From a virus, in IMG/VR virus record IMGVR_UViG_3300003499_000007, positions 1 to 38,102 of that record: a stretch of DNA of 38,102 nt; one strand, given 5' to 3'. Position numbers and translations under genes: made by a program. Below are positions 26,334 to 32,997 of the stretch, piece after piece. The notes below the pieces were generated by a model, which had not been told where the DNA came from, searched no databases, and saw nothing but the letters and a program-made list of their open reading frames with translations. Every line of letters begins with the position of its first letter. The first letter of the stretch is position 1.

Positions 26334-26750
26334 TTGAAAATACTTGTTTGCAGAAATAGGCCACAAAAAGGATTTACAACTGGATGTCTTCTGATTGACG
26401 GATTGTTTAAATGCTTCACTCTTGAAGATGAGTGTCGAGATGTAAAAATCAAACATGAAACAGCAATACCTGCCGGCACATATAAATTACGCATAACGCA
26501 TAGCGCAAGGTTTAATAAACCATTACCTATTTTGTTGGATGTGCCAAATTTTACTGGAGTTAGAATTCATGCTGGCAATACGTGTAATGACACATCCGGC
26601 TGCATCCTTGTTGGATTAAGCCAAGGCGGAAGAAATGGCGAATGGCTTGGCGATAGCAAAGCCGCTATGGATGTTATAATGCCAGAAATACAGAATGCCT
26701 TAGATGATGGGGAAGATTTAGAAATAACTATAAGGGACTGGGAATTATGA
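26334..26750 (+). CDS. Putative endolysin of a non-classical family (DUF5675-like by recollection)
   Basis: TTG start right after the upstream TAA. Motifs TTGCLLIDG..CFTLED, IPAGTY and RIHAGN..DTSGCILVG. Lies between two membrane-protein genes and upstream of the spanins. Confidence 0.5.
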   Translation: MKILVCRNRPQKGFTTGCLLIDGLFKCFTLEDECRDVKIKHETAIPAGTYKLRITHSARFNKPLPILLDVPNFTGVRIHAGNTCNDTSGCILVGLSQGGRNGEWLGDSKAAMDVIMPEIQNALDDGEDLEITIRDWEL

Positions 26751-26968
26751 AAACTTTGAAAAAATTATGGCGTATGCTGGTGAGATCAAAAACAAATATG
26801 TTCGCTGCTGCACTCGCTGGATTGAGTACGCTGCAATTGGCAGTGCCATCATTTGCTAGTAGCATGACTCCGGAAAGGTTCACCGCACTTGGTGTTGTAA
26901 TCGCAGCGGCAATTGCCTATCTCAGGAGCTTAGTGAAAGAACCGTTGAAAGACAAAGTAGAAAGATGA
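26747..26968 (+). CDS. Holin (two predicted TM segments)
   Basis: 73 aa with a basic N-terminus and charged C-terminus. The two hydrophobic stretches are MFAAALAGLSTLQLAV and ALGVVIAAAIAYL. Confidence 0.6.
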   Translation: MKTLKKLWRMLVRSKTNMFAAALAGLSTLQLAVPSFASSMTPERFTALGVVIAAAIAYLRSLVKEPLKDKVER

Positions 26969-27492
26969 TTCAATTACTGGCTTCTGCGACTGGGCGCAAG
27001 GCATTGTTTTATGGTGCTGTCGCGCTTACGCTTACATGCACTCATACTTGGGCTTATCTTGAAGGTCGCCAATCAAAAGCTGACGAGGTTAAAGCTGAGA
27101 ATGCGAAGCTTGCCGCTCAAGTAGCTGAAGCATACAAAGCTCAAGTGGAACGCAGCAACCTGAAGGCAGCAGAGGTACAGGCGCAAAAAGATCAATCTAA
27201 TGCAAAATTAACCACGGTATTAACTCATGTACACAAAGTCACTGCTAACCGCGATTGTTTGTCTCATGATGCTGTCCGCCTGCTCAACAAGCCAACCACC
27301 TTTGGTCTGTCCGCAAGTCCCAAGCGCGATGATGCAGAAGTTCCCGACAGAACTGCCACCGATACCGACGAGCAAGAAGTCTCAACCGATGCCGATGTAG
27401 TTGAGTGGATAGCTAAGGCGAAAGCGATGTATGAGTCGTGCGCTGCTAATAACAATGGGATTGTGGATATATTAACCAATGATGACAAATAA
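26965..27492 (+). CDS. i-spanin (Rz-like)
   Basis: N-terminal TM segment, then a helical periplasmic domain. Contains an embedded lipoprotein ORF. Confidence 0.75.
   Translation: MIQLLASATGRKALFYGAVALTLTCTHTWAYLEGRQSKADEVKAENAKLAAQVAEAYKAQVERSNLKAAEVQAQKDQSNAKLTTVLTHVHKVTANRDCLSHDAVRLLNKPTTFGLSASPKRDDAEVPDRTATDTDEQEVSTDADVVEWIAKAKAMYESCAANNNGIVDILTNDDK
27227..27400 (+). CDS. o-spanin (Rz1-like lipoprotein) embedded in the +1 frame of the i-spanin gene
   Basis: MYTKSLLTAIVCLMMLSAC|STSQPPLVCPQVPS... has the lipobox LSAC and a Pro-rich mature part. At 57 aa it is below the ORF-track cutoff. Confidence 0.85.
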   Translation: MYTKSLLTAIVCLMMLSACSTSQPPLVCPQVPSAMMQKFPTELPPIPTSKKSQPMPM

Positions 27493-27512
27493 TCATTCTT
27501 GTCTGTTGGTGT

Positions 27513-28406
27513 CTAAATTAAGTTGTGAGTCAAAACCATCCCGTAGTTATTAATTTTTTTAGAAATTAAAATGCCATCTTTTTTAATCAACTTGTTTTTC
27601 TTAAATTGGCGATAATCTACATGGTGATGCCATCTATTAAACTTCCACACAACTTTTGCAACGTCAGGATGCAAATCTGCCAGCATTTGAGATTTTGGCA
27701 ATGTCCCTTCATCTGCGTAAAATTCTTTTGTATTCCCGCCACTCATACGCTGAGTTGTGACCTTGCCGCATAAAAAAGCATTAAATTGGATAGTGCAAAG
27801 CCCATCTTTTAAAACTCGTAAACTTAAATCAGTATCTTCGTTGTAGCGGCCTCTCCATCTGTACGGGGCAGAATTATCAATTAGAAGGCAAGAGTAGATG
27901 CGCGTATTCACGATGAATGGCGGCACTGAATCTGTCGTTTTACAAAATGAATAGTAATTAAACCCAGATACAGGCACATTTTCGTATCTATCAACAAAAT
28001 CCTCCGCAGCCTTGAAAATTGCCCCAGTATCACATTCAAATTTCGTGTTCCTGTTAAGTCGGTGGAAAGCATCAATGTTATCATCCATTACCCAATGACG
28101 CTCAGCGCCTATTGCGATAGCATAATCCCATGCAAAATTACGGGCAGCCCCTGGTCCTTTGCTGCGCGCATCCAAAAGAGTGTCGCAGGTGTCATAGTCG
28201 TCTAAATACATTCGCGGCAAAGTAAGAATTTTACGATCATCTATAAACATAGCGTATTTTTCGCGCTCTTGCTCTTCGACAATAATGCGATATGGAACCC
28301 CCATATTTTCCAAAGCCTTGCTTGTTAGTCTGGACTCCCATCGCCCTTTTGAAACTATAAAAATAGGGTATTCAGGATTCACTCTTGTATCTCCCTTTAA
28401 TTCCAC
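27513..28406 (-). CDS. GT-A fold glycosyltransferase, TET/JBP-associated-glycosyltransferase-like (tentative)
   Basis: YPIFIVSKGR near the N-terminus, DxD-like WVMDDNID and NEDTDLSLR. The better start is probably GTG 28382, preceded by AAGGGAG. Confidence 0.6.
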   Translation of the reverse strand: MELKGDTRVNPEYPIFIVSKGRWESRLTSKALENMGVPYRIIVEEQEREKYAMFIDDRKILTLPRMYLDDYDTCDTLLDARSKGPGAARNFAWDYAIAIGAERHWVMDDNIDAFHRLNRNTKFECDTGAIFKAAEDFVDRYENVPVSGFNYYSFCKTTDSVPPFIVNTRIYSCLLIDNSAPYRWRGRYNEDTDLSLRVLKDGLCTIQFNAFLCGKVTTQRMSGGNTKEFYADEGTLPKSQMLADLHPDVAKVVWKFNRWHHHVDYRQFKKNKLIKKDGILISKKINNYGMVLTHNLI

Positions 28407-28629
28407 CCCAATGGCTCTTGAATGGATACCAAATGCTCTTGGTTTTAGGTGTTAATTTTTGGCCTATCAGTGCTGCAAAAGCATCTAAGTCTTCCTGCGT
28501 TTCAAACCTGCATATAACCTTAGCGAACGGCTTTTGTTTTTCCTGCACAAACTCAGGCATCCCCCACCATTCTGATTCTGCATCAAATGGGGTTGTGTTT
28601 TTATCATCTATCAGAAAATCTTGTTTCAT
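28372..28629 (-). CDS. Small protein with WWGMPEF...TKSIWYP motifs (domain I recall as N-terminal in some phage/plasmid DNA-modifying enzymes)
   Basis: ORF translationally coupled to the glycosyltransferase gene. Confidence 0.55.
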   Translation of the reverse strand: MKQDFLIDDKNTTPFDAESEWWGMPEFVQEKQKPFAKVICRFETQEDLDAFAALIGQKLTPKTKSIWYPFKSHWGGIKGRYKSES

Positions 28630-28658
28630 TCTTCCCTCAGTAGTTAAGTAATCTTGAT

Positions 28659-28859
28659 TTAGTCTAATGGGTAGTTAATCTCGCTGTATTTACGCACCCT
28701 TGAATCATGTGAAATTTCGCTCTTGAAAGAGTGCCATTTCCCATTATCAAATCGAGCAATATCAATCCATTCGGAGTCAAAATTCGGGGCAGTACAAAAT
28801 ACAAGATATTGACCATTCGGCGGATTATATTGCCGAGCAAAAATTTTCCATTCAATCAT
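28659..28859 (-). CDS. Hypothetical protein (DUF551-like by recollection)
   Basis: MIEWKIF...PPNGQYLVF...ARFDNGKWH pattern. Preferred over the overlapping frame 28664..28855. Confidence 0.5.
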   Translation of the reverse strand: MIEWKIFARQYNPPNGQYLVFCTAPNFDSEWIDIARFDNGKWHSFKSEISHDSRVRKYSEINYPLD

Positions 28860-28924
28860 AATTGGTCAATCCGATACACTTTAAATTTAGTCATTTGTCG
28901 TTTCCTTTTTAAGATAATTGGTGG

Positions 28925-29116
28925 CTATATTGCGTTAGGAGCTCGCCCAGTCAGCACGTTCGTCGCTTCGTCAATCAGTGCGTCATCAAAGAACGCTCGC
29001 AGCGCTTGTCGAACTTCCGAAGGCCGCATCTCTTTGGTTTCGTCGCTCATCCATGCAGCGTAGTGCATCATTTCTACGCACAGTCGCAGCGGGTAAGGCA
29101 AATCTTTCAGTTCCAT
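28925..29116 (-). CDS. Hypothetical protein
   Basis: ATG 29116 is preceded by AGGGGTGA. The ORF track extends the ORF to 29158. Confidence 0.55.
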   Translation of the reverse strand: MELKDLPYPLRLCVEMMHYAAWMSDETKEMRPSEVRQALRAFFDDALIDEATNVLTGRAPNAI

Positions 29117-29164
29117 GTTTTCACCCCTAACATTTGCGTCAACGCGGACGCTCCACACATAAAA

Positions 29165-29410
29165 TCAGCAATACCATGATGGTGGAGTCACCGCGTAAGG
29201 ATTTGGTATGATCTGAAAACGTTCATTATCCTTGCTCATCATTGATTGCTTCGCTGCCAACCACCCTACCCACATATTGCCAGTATTACTATTTGCGTAG
29301 TCATCTATTGGAGGTGTAGACGTGCGCTTCGATCTTTGCACGTTAAATCCACATCCTACGGCAAAAGCCTCGAATAATTTACGTTCGTTTTCAATCCAGT
29401 CGTTATTCAT
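29165..29410 (-). CDS. Hypothetical protein
   Basis: ORF in an operon context. Confidence 0.55.
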   Translation of the reverse strand: MNNDWIENERKLFEAFAVGCGFNVQRSKRTSTPPIDDYANSNTGNMWVGWLAAKQSMMSKDNERFQIIPNPYAVTPPSWYC

Positions 29411-29411
29411 T

Positions 29412-29600
29412 TTATTCTCCCTTAACCATCCCTCTAAGCTGAGTTAATGTCTCCATCACCGATTGCATTACTGCTAATTCCTGATCTACATCCTCTTGTG
29501 ACATCTTGCCTTCATCAACAAGGATTGGATAATACTTTTTACGCCTTCTAATCTCACGCCTAACACACTCAATCTGTACACTAATAGTTATCTTAATCAT
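29412..29600 (-). CDS. Hypothetical protein
   Basis: ORF lying 1 nt from the downstream gene. Confidence 0.55.
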   Translation of the reverse strand: MIKITISVQIECVRREIRRRKKYYPILVDEGKMSQEDVDQELAVMQSVMETLTQLRGMVKGE

Positions 29601-29697
29601 TAAATTTATCCGATGTAGCAGTTGTCAAGCAATCCTTTACAACTGAATCAGTTATTAAATAATACTTAACAACTGAAGCGACTCGAAAACATTAACG

Positions 29698-29731
29698 CCT
29701 ACTATCATACCTTATCGAAGGAACTGCATAA
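29698..29731 (-). pseudogene. 3' remnant (last ~11 codons plus stop) of a paralogue of gene 29926..30204
   Basis: 30 of 34 nt identical to 29932..29965. Reads YAVPSIRYDSRR* against YAAPSIRYDNRR*. Confidence 0.7.
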
Positions 29732-29734
29732 ACG

Positions 29735-29920
29735 CTAGGAACAAGCCTCAAGTGTTGTGCATGTTCTCATATTGCTGGCTTGATATGAGTTGCTGTAAAC
29801 AGCAATCCCTTCCACAGCAAGGAAGGTTTCGTCTCCATCTTTATTTATGATTCGCACATAAACAACGCTGTCCATGTCATCTTCGCTTGCAAGCTCTTTT
29901 ATTAATTCTCTTACGTTCAT
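29735..29920 (-). CDS. Hypothetical protein (61 aa), flanked by the 34-nt direct repeat
   Basis: ORF. AGGAGATAAAATAAATG context at the start. Confidence 0.55.
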   Translation of the reverse strand: MNVRELIKELASEDDMDSVVYVRIINKDGDETFLAVEGIAVYSNSYQASNMRTCTTLEACS

Positions 29921-29925
29921 TTATT

Positions 29926-30204
29926 TTATCTCCTATTATCATACCTTATCGAAGGCGCGGCATAAGGGTTATTTGGGCTATCAGGGCTATATCTTGAACC
30001 GTATTGACCATATGGATTATTGATACTATCAGGGCTATAACGCGAACCATACTGCCCATACGGATTGTTAACAGAGTTCGGGTCATACTGATTTCCGTTT
30101 AGATTTCCAAGATATTTCCCTGTTGCAGGGTCGTATATTTCCAATGCCGCGTGAGCATGTTGAAAAGCTAACGCAAGAACAAATAGAGCTAATAAATTAC
30201 GCAT
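29926..30204 (-). CDS. Secreted repeat protein (signal peptide plus NNPYGQYGSRYSPDS repeats)
   Basis: MRNLLALFVLALAFQHAHA|ALE... is a signal peptide with an AHA cleavage motif. GGAGGA RBS. Two identical 15-aa repeats plus a partial third. Confidence 0.75.
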   Translation of the reverse strand: MRNLLALFVLALAFQHAHAALEIYDPATGKYLGNLNGNQYDPNSVNNPYGQYGSRYSPDSINNPYGQYGSRYSPDSPNNPYAAPSIRYDNRR

Positions 30205-30336
30205 GATTCCTCCTGTTAAATTAAGTAAAGTGCTGGCTTCGGCATATTAACAAGGCCAGCTTCTTGCTTATTCACTCCATTGCCAAATAACGGTAGGCAA
30301 CAGCTACATATGCCAGATAGATTATCTTTGTACGTG

Positions 30337-30603
30337 TTAACTATCCATAACTATAACAAGAAAATCTTCTTTTTGTTCGTGTGCAAGTAAAAAAGGATAC
30401 CCGTTCACAATTTGAATATTATCCTTTCTGCATGAGAATCTCGTAATAGCTTCTTTGCAGGAACGTGCCTTGCTATATCCATCAGGTGAAAAAATTATTA
30501 CCATCGCGGGCTCATAGTAATGCTCACGTACATGCTCGTTATACTTAATCAACATTGATTTGCACAAATCATCAAGTAATGTATTAATATCTTGTTCTGT
30601 CAT
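30337..30603 (-). CDS. Hypothetical protein (88 aa), possibly leaderless
   Basis: ATG 30603 (MTEQDINTLLDD...). No SD. A promoter-like hexamer pair lies immediately upstream. Confidence 0.5.
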   Translation of the reverse strand: MTEQDINTLLDDLCKSMLIKYNEHVREHYYEPAMVIIFSPDGYSKARSCKEAITRFSCRKDNIQIVNGYPFLLAHEQKEDFLVIVMDS

Positions 30604-30607
30604 TTTA

Positions 30608-30636
30608 TTTATATAACTTATAGTATAATCACTCAA
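30608..30636 (-). promoter_or_regulatory. Candidate promoter TTGAGT-17-TATAAA ending 4 nt before ATG 30603
   Basis: Read on the minus strand, directly downstream of the hairpin at 30642..30687. Confidence 0.35.
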
Positions 30637-30641
30637 CAACA

Positions 30642-30687
30642 CCCCCAACGCTACCCGTTAGATCAGCGCACCATCGGGGGTTTTTTT
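30642..30687. terminator. Candidate bidirectional intrinsic terminator
   Basis: CCCCC...GGGGG stem flanked by T7 on the + strand and an A7/U-rich tail on the - strand. In the minus-strand RNA the stem extends to about 9 bp with G-U pairs. Confidence 0.4.
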
Positions 30688-30688
30688 A

Positions 30689-31060
30689 TTAAAAGTGATA
30701 TTCTTTACTTCGTTCTGAATCTTTCCGAAGGCCGCATTTGCTGCAAATAAATTCACCGCGCTTTAATCGTCGAATTTCATCTGCCAATTCGCTATTTTCC
30801 TTTCGCAGTTCCGCCAACTCCTTCATAGCCAGCGTGTTTCCGGCCACAACATCGTCTAAATCTAAGTATGTTCCCATGTTTACTTTCATCTTATCTATAT
30901 GATCAGCCATCCCAAGGCAAAGATTAACTAAATCCTCAAAATGTACATCAATGCCATGTACGAAGCTATTAACCGTGTCAAAACTGTAATCCGCTGGCAT
31001 GGTGATGCCTTGATCTGTCTCAGTTAAAACCTTGCCTGTTTCTGTTATGGTAAAGCTCAT
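30689..31060 (-). CDS. Hypothetical protein (coiled-coil, C-terminal CxxC)
   Basis: ORF. GGAGGTG RBS. Confidence 0.6.
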   Translation of the reverse strand: MSFTITETGKVLTETDQGITMPADYSFDTVNSFVHGIDVHFEDLVNLCLGMADHIDKMKVNMGTYLDLDDVVAGNTLAMKELAELRKENSELADEIRRLKRGEFICSKCGLRKDSERSKEYHF

Positions 31061-31062
31061 AG

Positions 31063-31305
31063 TTACACCTCCGCGTTATGTTCTTCAGTGTTGCTGGGCA
31101 ACTTAGCACCAATAGCACGTAATTGCTGTCCGTTTGGACAAATGCAATAGTTCACCCTTCCAACATCTTTACCTGCCGGGGTTCGTGTTCCACGAGTGTC
31201 AATCCATCCGTGGTTTCCGCATAACGTGCAGTGATCCGTCATATAGTGTTCTAACCAATAAGCAGTCACGATTCCTAAATTTTTAGCATTCAGCTTAAAG
31301 CTCAT
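31063..31305 (-). CDS. Small Cys-rich protein (80 aa)
   Basis: ORF with CTLCGNHGW...CICPNG. Flanked by 44-nt direct repeats. Confidence 0.6.
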   Translation of the reverse strand: MSFKLNAKNLGIVTAYWLEHYMTDHCTLCGNHGWIDTRGTRTPAGKDVGRVNYCICPNGQQLRAIGAKLPSNTEEHNAEV

Positions 31306-31307
31306 AG

Positions 31308-32006
31308 TTAAACCTCCACGTCACGTTCTTCAATGTTGCCGATGATGGTTGCATCCCCTACGGCTACCGCATGCTTTAATGTTTCCTTGCTAGTTCTCGA
31401 CATCGACACAATATCGCCGTTTTTTCTGCGACACAGACAAAAATAATACTTAACCGTATTTACCGTTGTGTAATCATAGTACTCAGACCACTCAGGTTCC
31501 TCATCAATAGGTATCTTTTTCCAATCATTCCACGATCTTGGTTTCACTTTCCACTGCTCATTCGTGCCAGCCTCACGTTGCGACAGCCAGAGTTTGCGCT
31601 CAGGTATGTGATGTATCAGGATTTTTTTCTTCGGTTCTTCCATTTTTTTAACCTCAAGAGTATTTGCATTATCTTGGGATGCGAGCCAAAACTGTTTCGC
31701 CTGATTGGTGCCCAGCTCTTCCATTTCTAATAGTTCCTTTGGTATAGTTTGGGCGGGGATGCGAACTTCGCACAACCCATCACCACTATTAACTTTTAAT
31801 CCCTCATTAATCGCTTTATATAGATGCTTCACATCCCATTGTTCCGGCACTAGCTGCTCAGGGATTGCGTAGTCGTTGGCGGGGTATTCAAAACTGAAAC
31901 AGCCGTGGTAGCCAAGATAAAGAAACTTCACCCCCATCTCCTGCCACTTCTTTAAAACCTCCCTGCCTGCTTCAGATATTGTTGGCATCTTGTGGACCCT
32001 TTGCAT
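31308..32006 (-). CDS. Hypothetical protein
   Basis: ORF. An alternative start is ATG 31988 (MPTISEAGRE), which aligns with the start of the upstream gene. Confidence 0.6.
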   Translation of the reverse strand: MQRVHKMPTISEAGREVLKKWQEMGVKFLYLGYHGCFSFEYPANDYAIPEQLVPEQWDVKHLYKAINEGLKVNSGDGLCEVRIPAQTIPKELLEMEELGTNQAKQFWLASQDNANTLEVKKMEEPKKKILIHHIPERKLWLSQREAGTNEQWKVKPRSWNDWKKIPIDEEPEWSEYYDYTTVNTVKYYFCLCRRKNGDIVSMSRTSKETLKHAVAVGDATIIGNIEERDVEV

Positions 32007-32166
32007 AGTCTTCTATTGGAATGCGTCTAACGGATACTTTGCCATCTTCCATGAGCGTAGTGGTAAACACACCTATCCCGCGTGAGTAAGCATCTTGTAG
32101 CACACGTTCCATAGTTGGGTTGTATGGCAACGGCGTCTCCCTGCCTGTTTCAGATATTTTTGACAT
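31972..32166 (-). CDS. Hypothetical protein (64 aa)
   Basis: ORF. GGGAG RBS. Its N-terminus MSKISETGRE is paralogous to that of the next gene. Confidence 0.55.
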   Translation of the reverse strand: MSKISETGRETPLPYNPTMERVLQDAYSRGIGVFTTTLMEDGKVSVRRIPIEDYAKGPQDANNI

Positions 32167-32389
32167 CGTTATCTCCCTTCTCCCACCGTCCTATTGCTTC
32201 CATCGCGGTTATTTCCGGTACAACTGTATTTGAGTATTTCCCTGACGTAGCGTAGGCCACTAATCTTACAGTCGCTCTCGTTACCAACCATCGCGGCAAT
32301 AAATTCGTAATTACAATGTGCAGCTTATCTTTTTTAAGATACCACCAGTGTTTTAGCATTGCAGTCCGCCTATATAAGTATTCGTCCAT
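32150..32389 (-). CDS. Hypothetical protein (79 aa)
   Basis: ORF. AAGGAG RBS. Confidence 0.55.
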   Translation of the reverse strand: MDEYLYRRTAMLKHWWYLKKDKLHIVITNLLPRWLVTRATVRLVAYATSGKYSNTVVPEITAMEAIGRWEKGDNDVKNI

Positions 32390-32561
32390 CGTTATCTCCT
32401 TTCGTTACGCTAATCGGCATATACTCTCTACATTTATCTTCACCATCTGCTGGCTGGAAGTCTGAATACGACTGCCGATACTCACTAGGAATTGCTGTAA
32501 AGCGGTAGCAAGTTGTTCTGCTTTCGCACTGTTTATTCAGGCACATTGAAATGTCTGGCAT
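32370..32561 (-). CDS. Small Cys-rich protein (63 aa)
   Basis: MCLNKQCESRTTCYR pattern, common in small phage proteins. Confidence 0.55.
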   Translation of the reverse strand: MPDISMCLNKQCESRTTCYRFTAIPSEYRQSYSDFQPADGEDKCREYMPISVTKGDNDGRILI

Positions 32562-32570
32562 ATATACTCC

Positions 32571-32954
32571 TTAGGTGATAACCACATGACGCTTCAAATA
32601 CTCAAGTTTTGGCAACTTATCTGTCTTGTAACATTCTGTTAATATAGTTTCAGCTATTGTCGCTAAACTTGCATATCCACTATCTTTTAAAGCAGTCACA
32701 TGCAATTCCAATAATTCAACAAATTTTGAAAGTTGATTGCTTAAATCAGCATACTTTTTAGTCTTTGCTGGCACTCTTGGCTTCTTACTACGTTTAAATC
32801 CTTCTGCCTTCTTAATCTTACATTTAAATGCCATCCTGTGTATTTGGCTTTGCTCAAGGTTAAGCATTTCAGCCATAACATCAATGTGCGTTGTCGGGTA
32901 GAACTGTTCCAGCACTTTACGGTATTGCTCGTGCATTGCTATTGTCTTTTTCAT
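32571..32954 (-). CDS. Possible HTH DNA-binding regulator (tentative)
   Basis: The segment IDVMAEMLNLEQSQIHRMAFKCKIKK looks like a helix-turn-helix. AGGTGA RBS. The third copy of the 14-bp dyad lies about 50 nt upstream. Confidence 0.4.
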   Translation of the reverse strand: MKKTIAMHEQYRKVLEQFYPTTHIDVMAEMLNLEQSQIHRMAFKCKIKKAEGFKRSKKPRVPAKTKKYADLSNQLSKFVELLELHVTALKDSGYASLATIAETILTECYKTDKLPKLEYLKRHVVIT

Positions 32955-32997
32955 TTCATCACCTATGGTTAATATAATCCATTAAGTCGATTTGCAT

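Noticed and set aside
26018-26494. 158-aa minus-strand ORF across the start of the lysis cassette
   Set aside because: It overlaps two + strand genes that have membrane or enzyme-like features and cassette logic. It has no RBS and an odd composition.
28372-28406. Possible programmed frameshift fusing the 85-aa ORF to the glycosyltransferase
   Set aside because: A fusion would need a +1 shift and I see no slippery site. An internal GTG at 28382 with AAGGGAG upstream gives ordinary translational coupling with an 11-nt overlap. A natural fusion in homologues remains possible and should be checked.
28856-28894. 12-codon ORF (MTKFKVYRIDQL) with an SD and an ATGA overlap to gene 28659..28859
   Set aside because: Too short to support as a gene. 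It could be a coupling or leader peptide, but there is no further evidence.
29619-29675. 7-bp inverted repeat CAGTTGT/ACAACTG plus a second ACAACTGAA copy, in the gap before gene 29412..29600
   Set aside because: The stem is short, the loop is 13 nt, there is no U tract and the repeats are only 9 nt. That is too weak to call a terminator, riboswitch or sRNA without folding energies or expression data.
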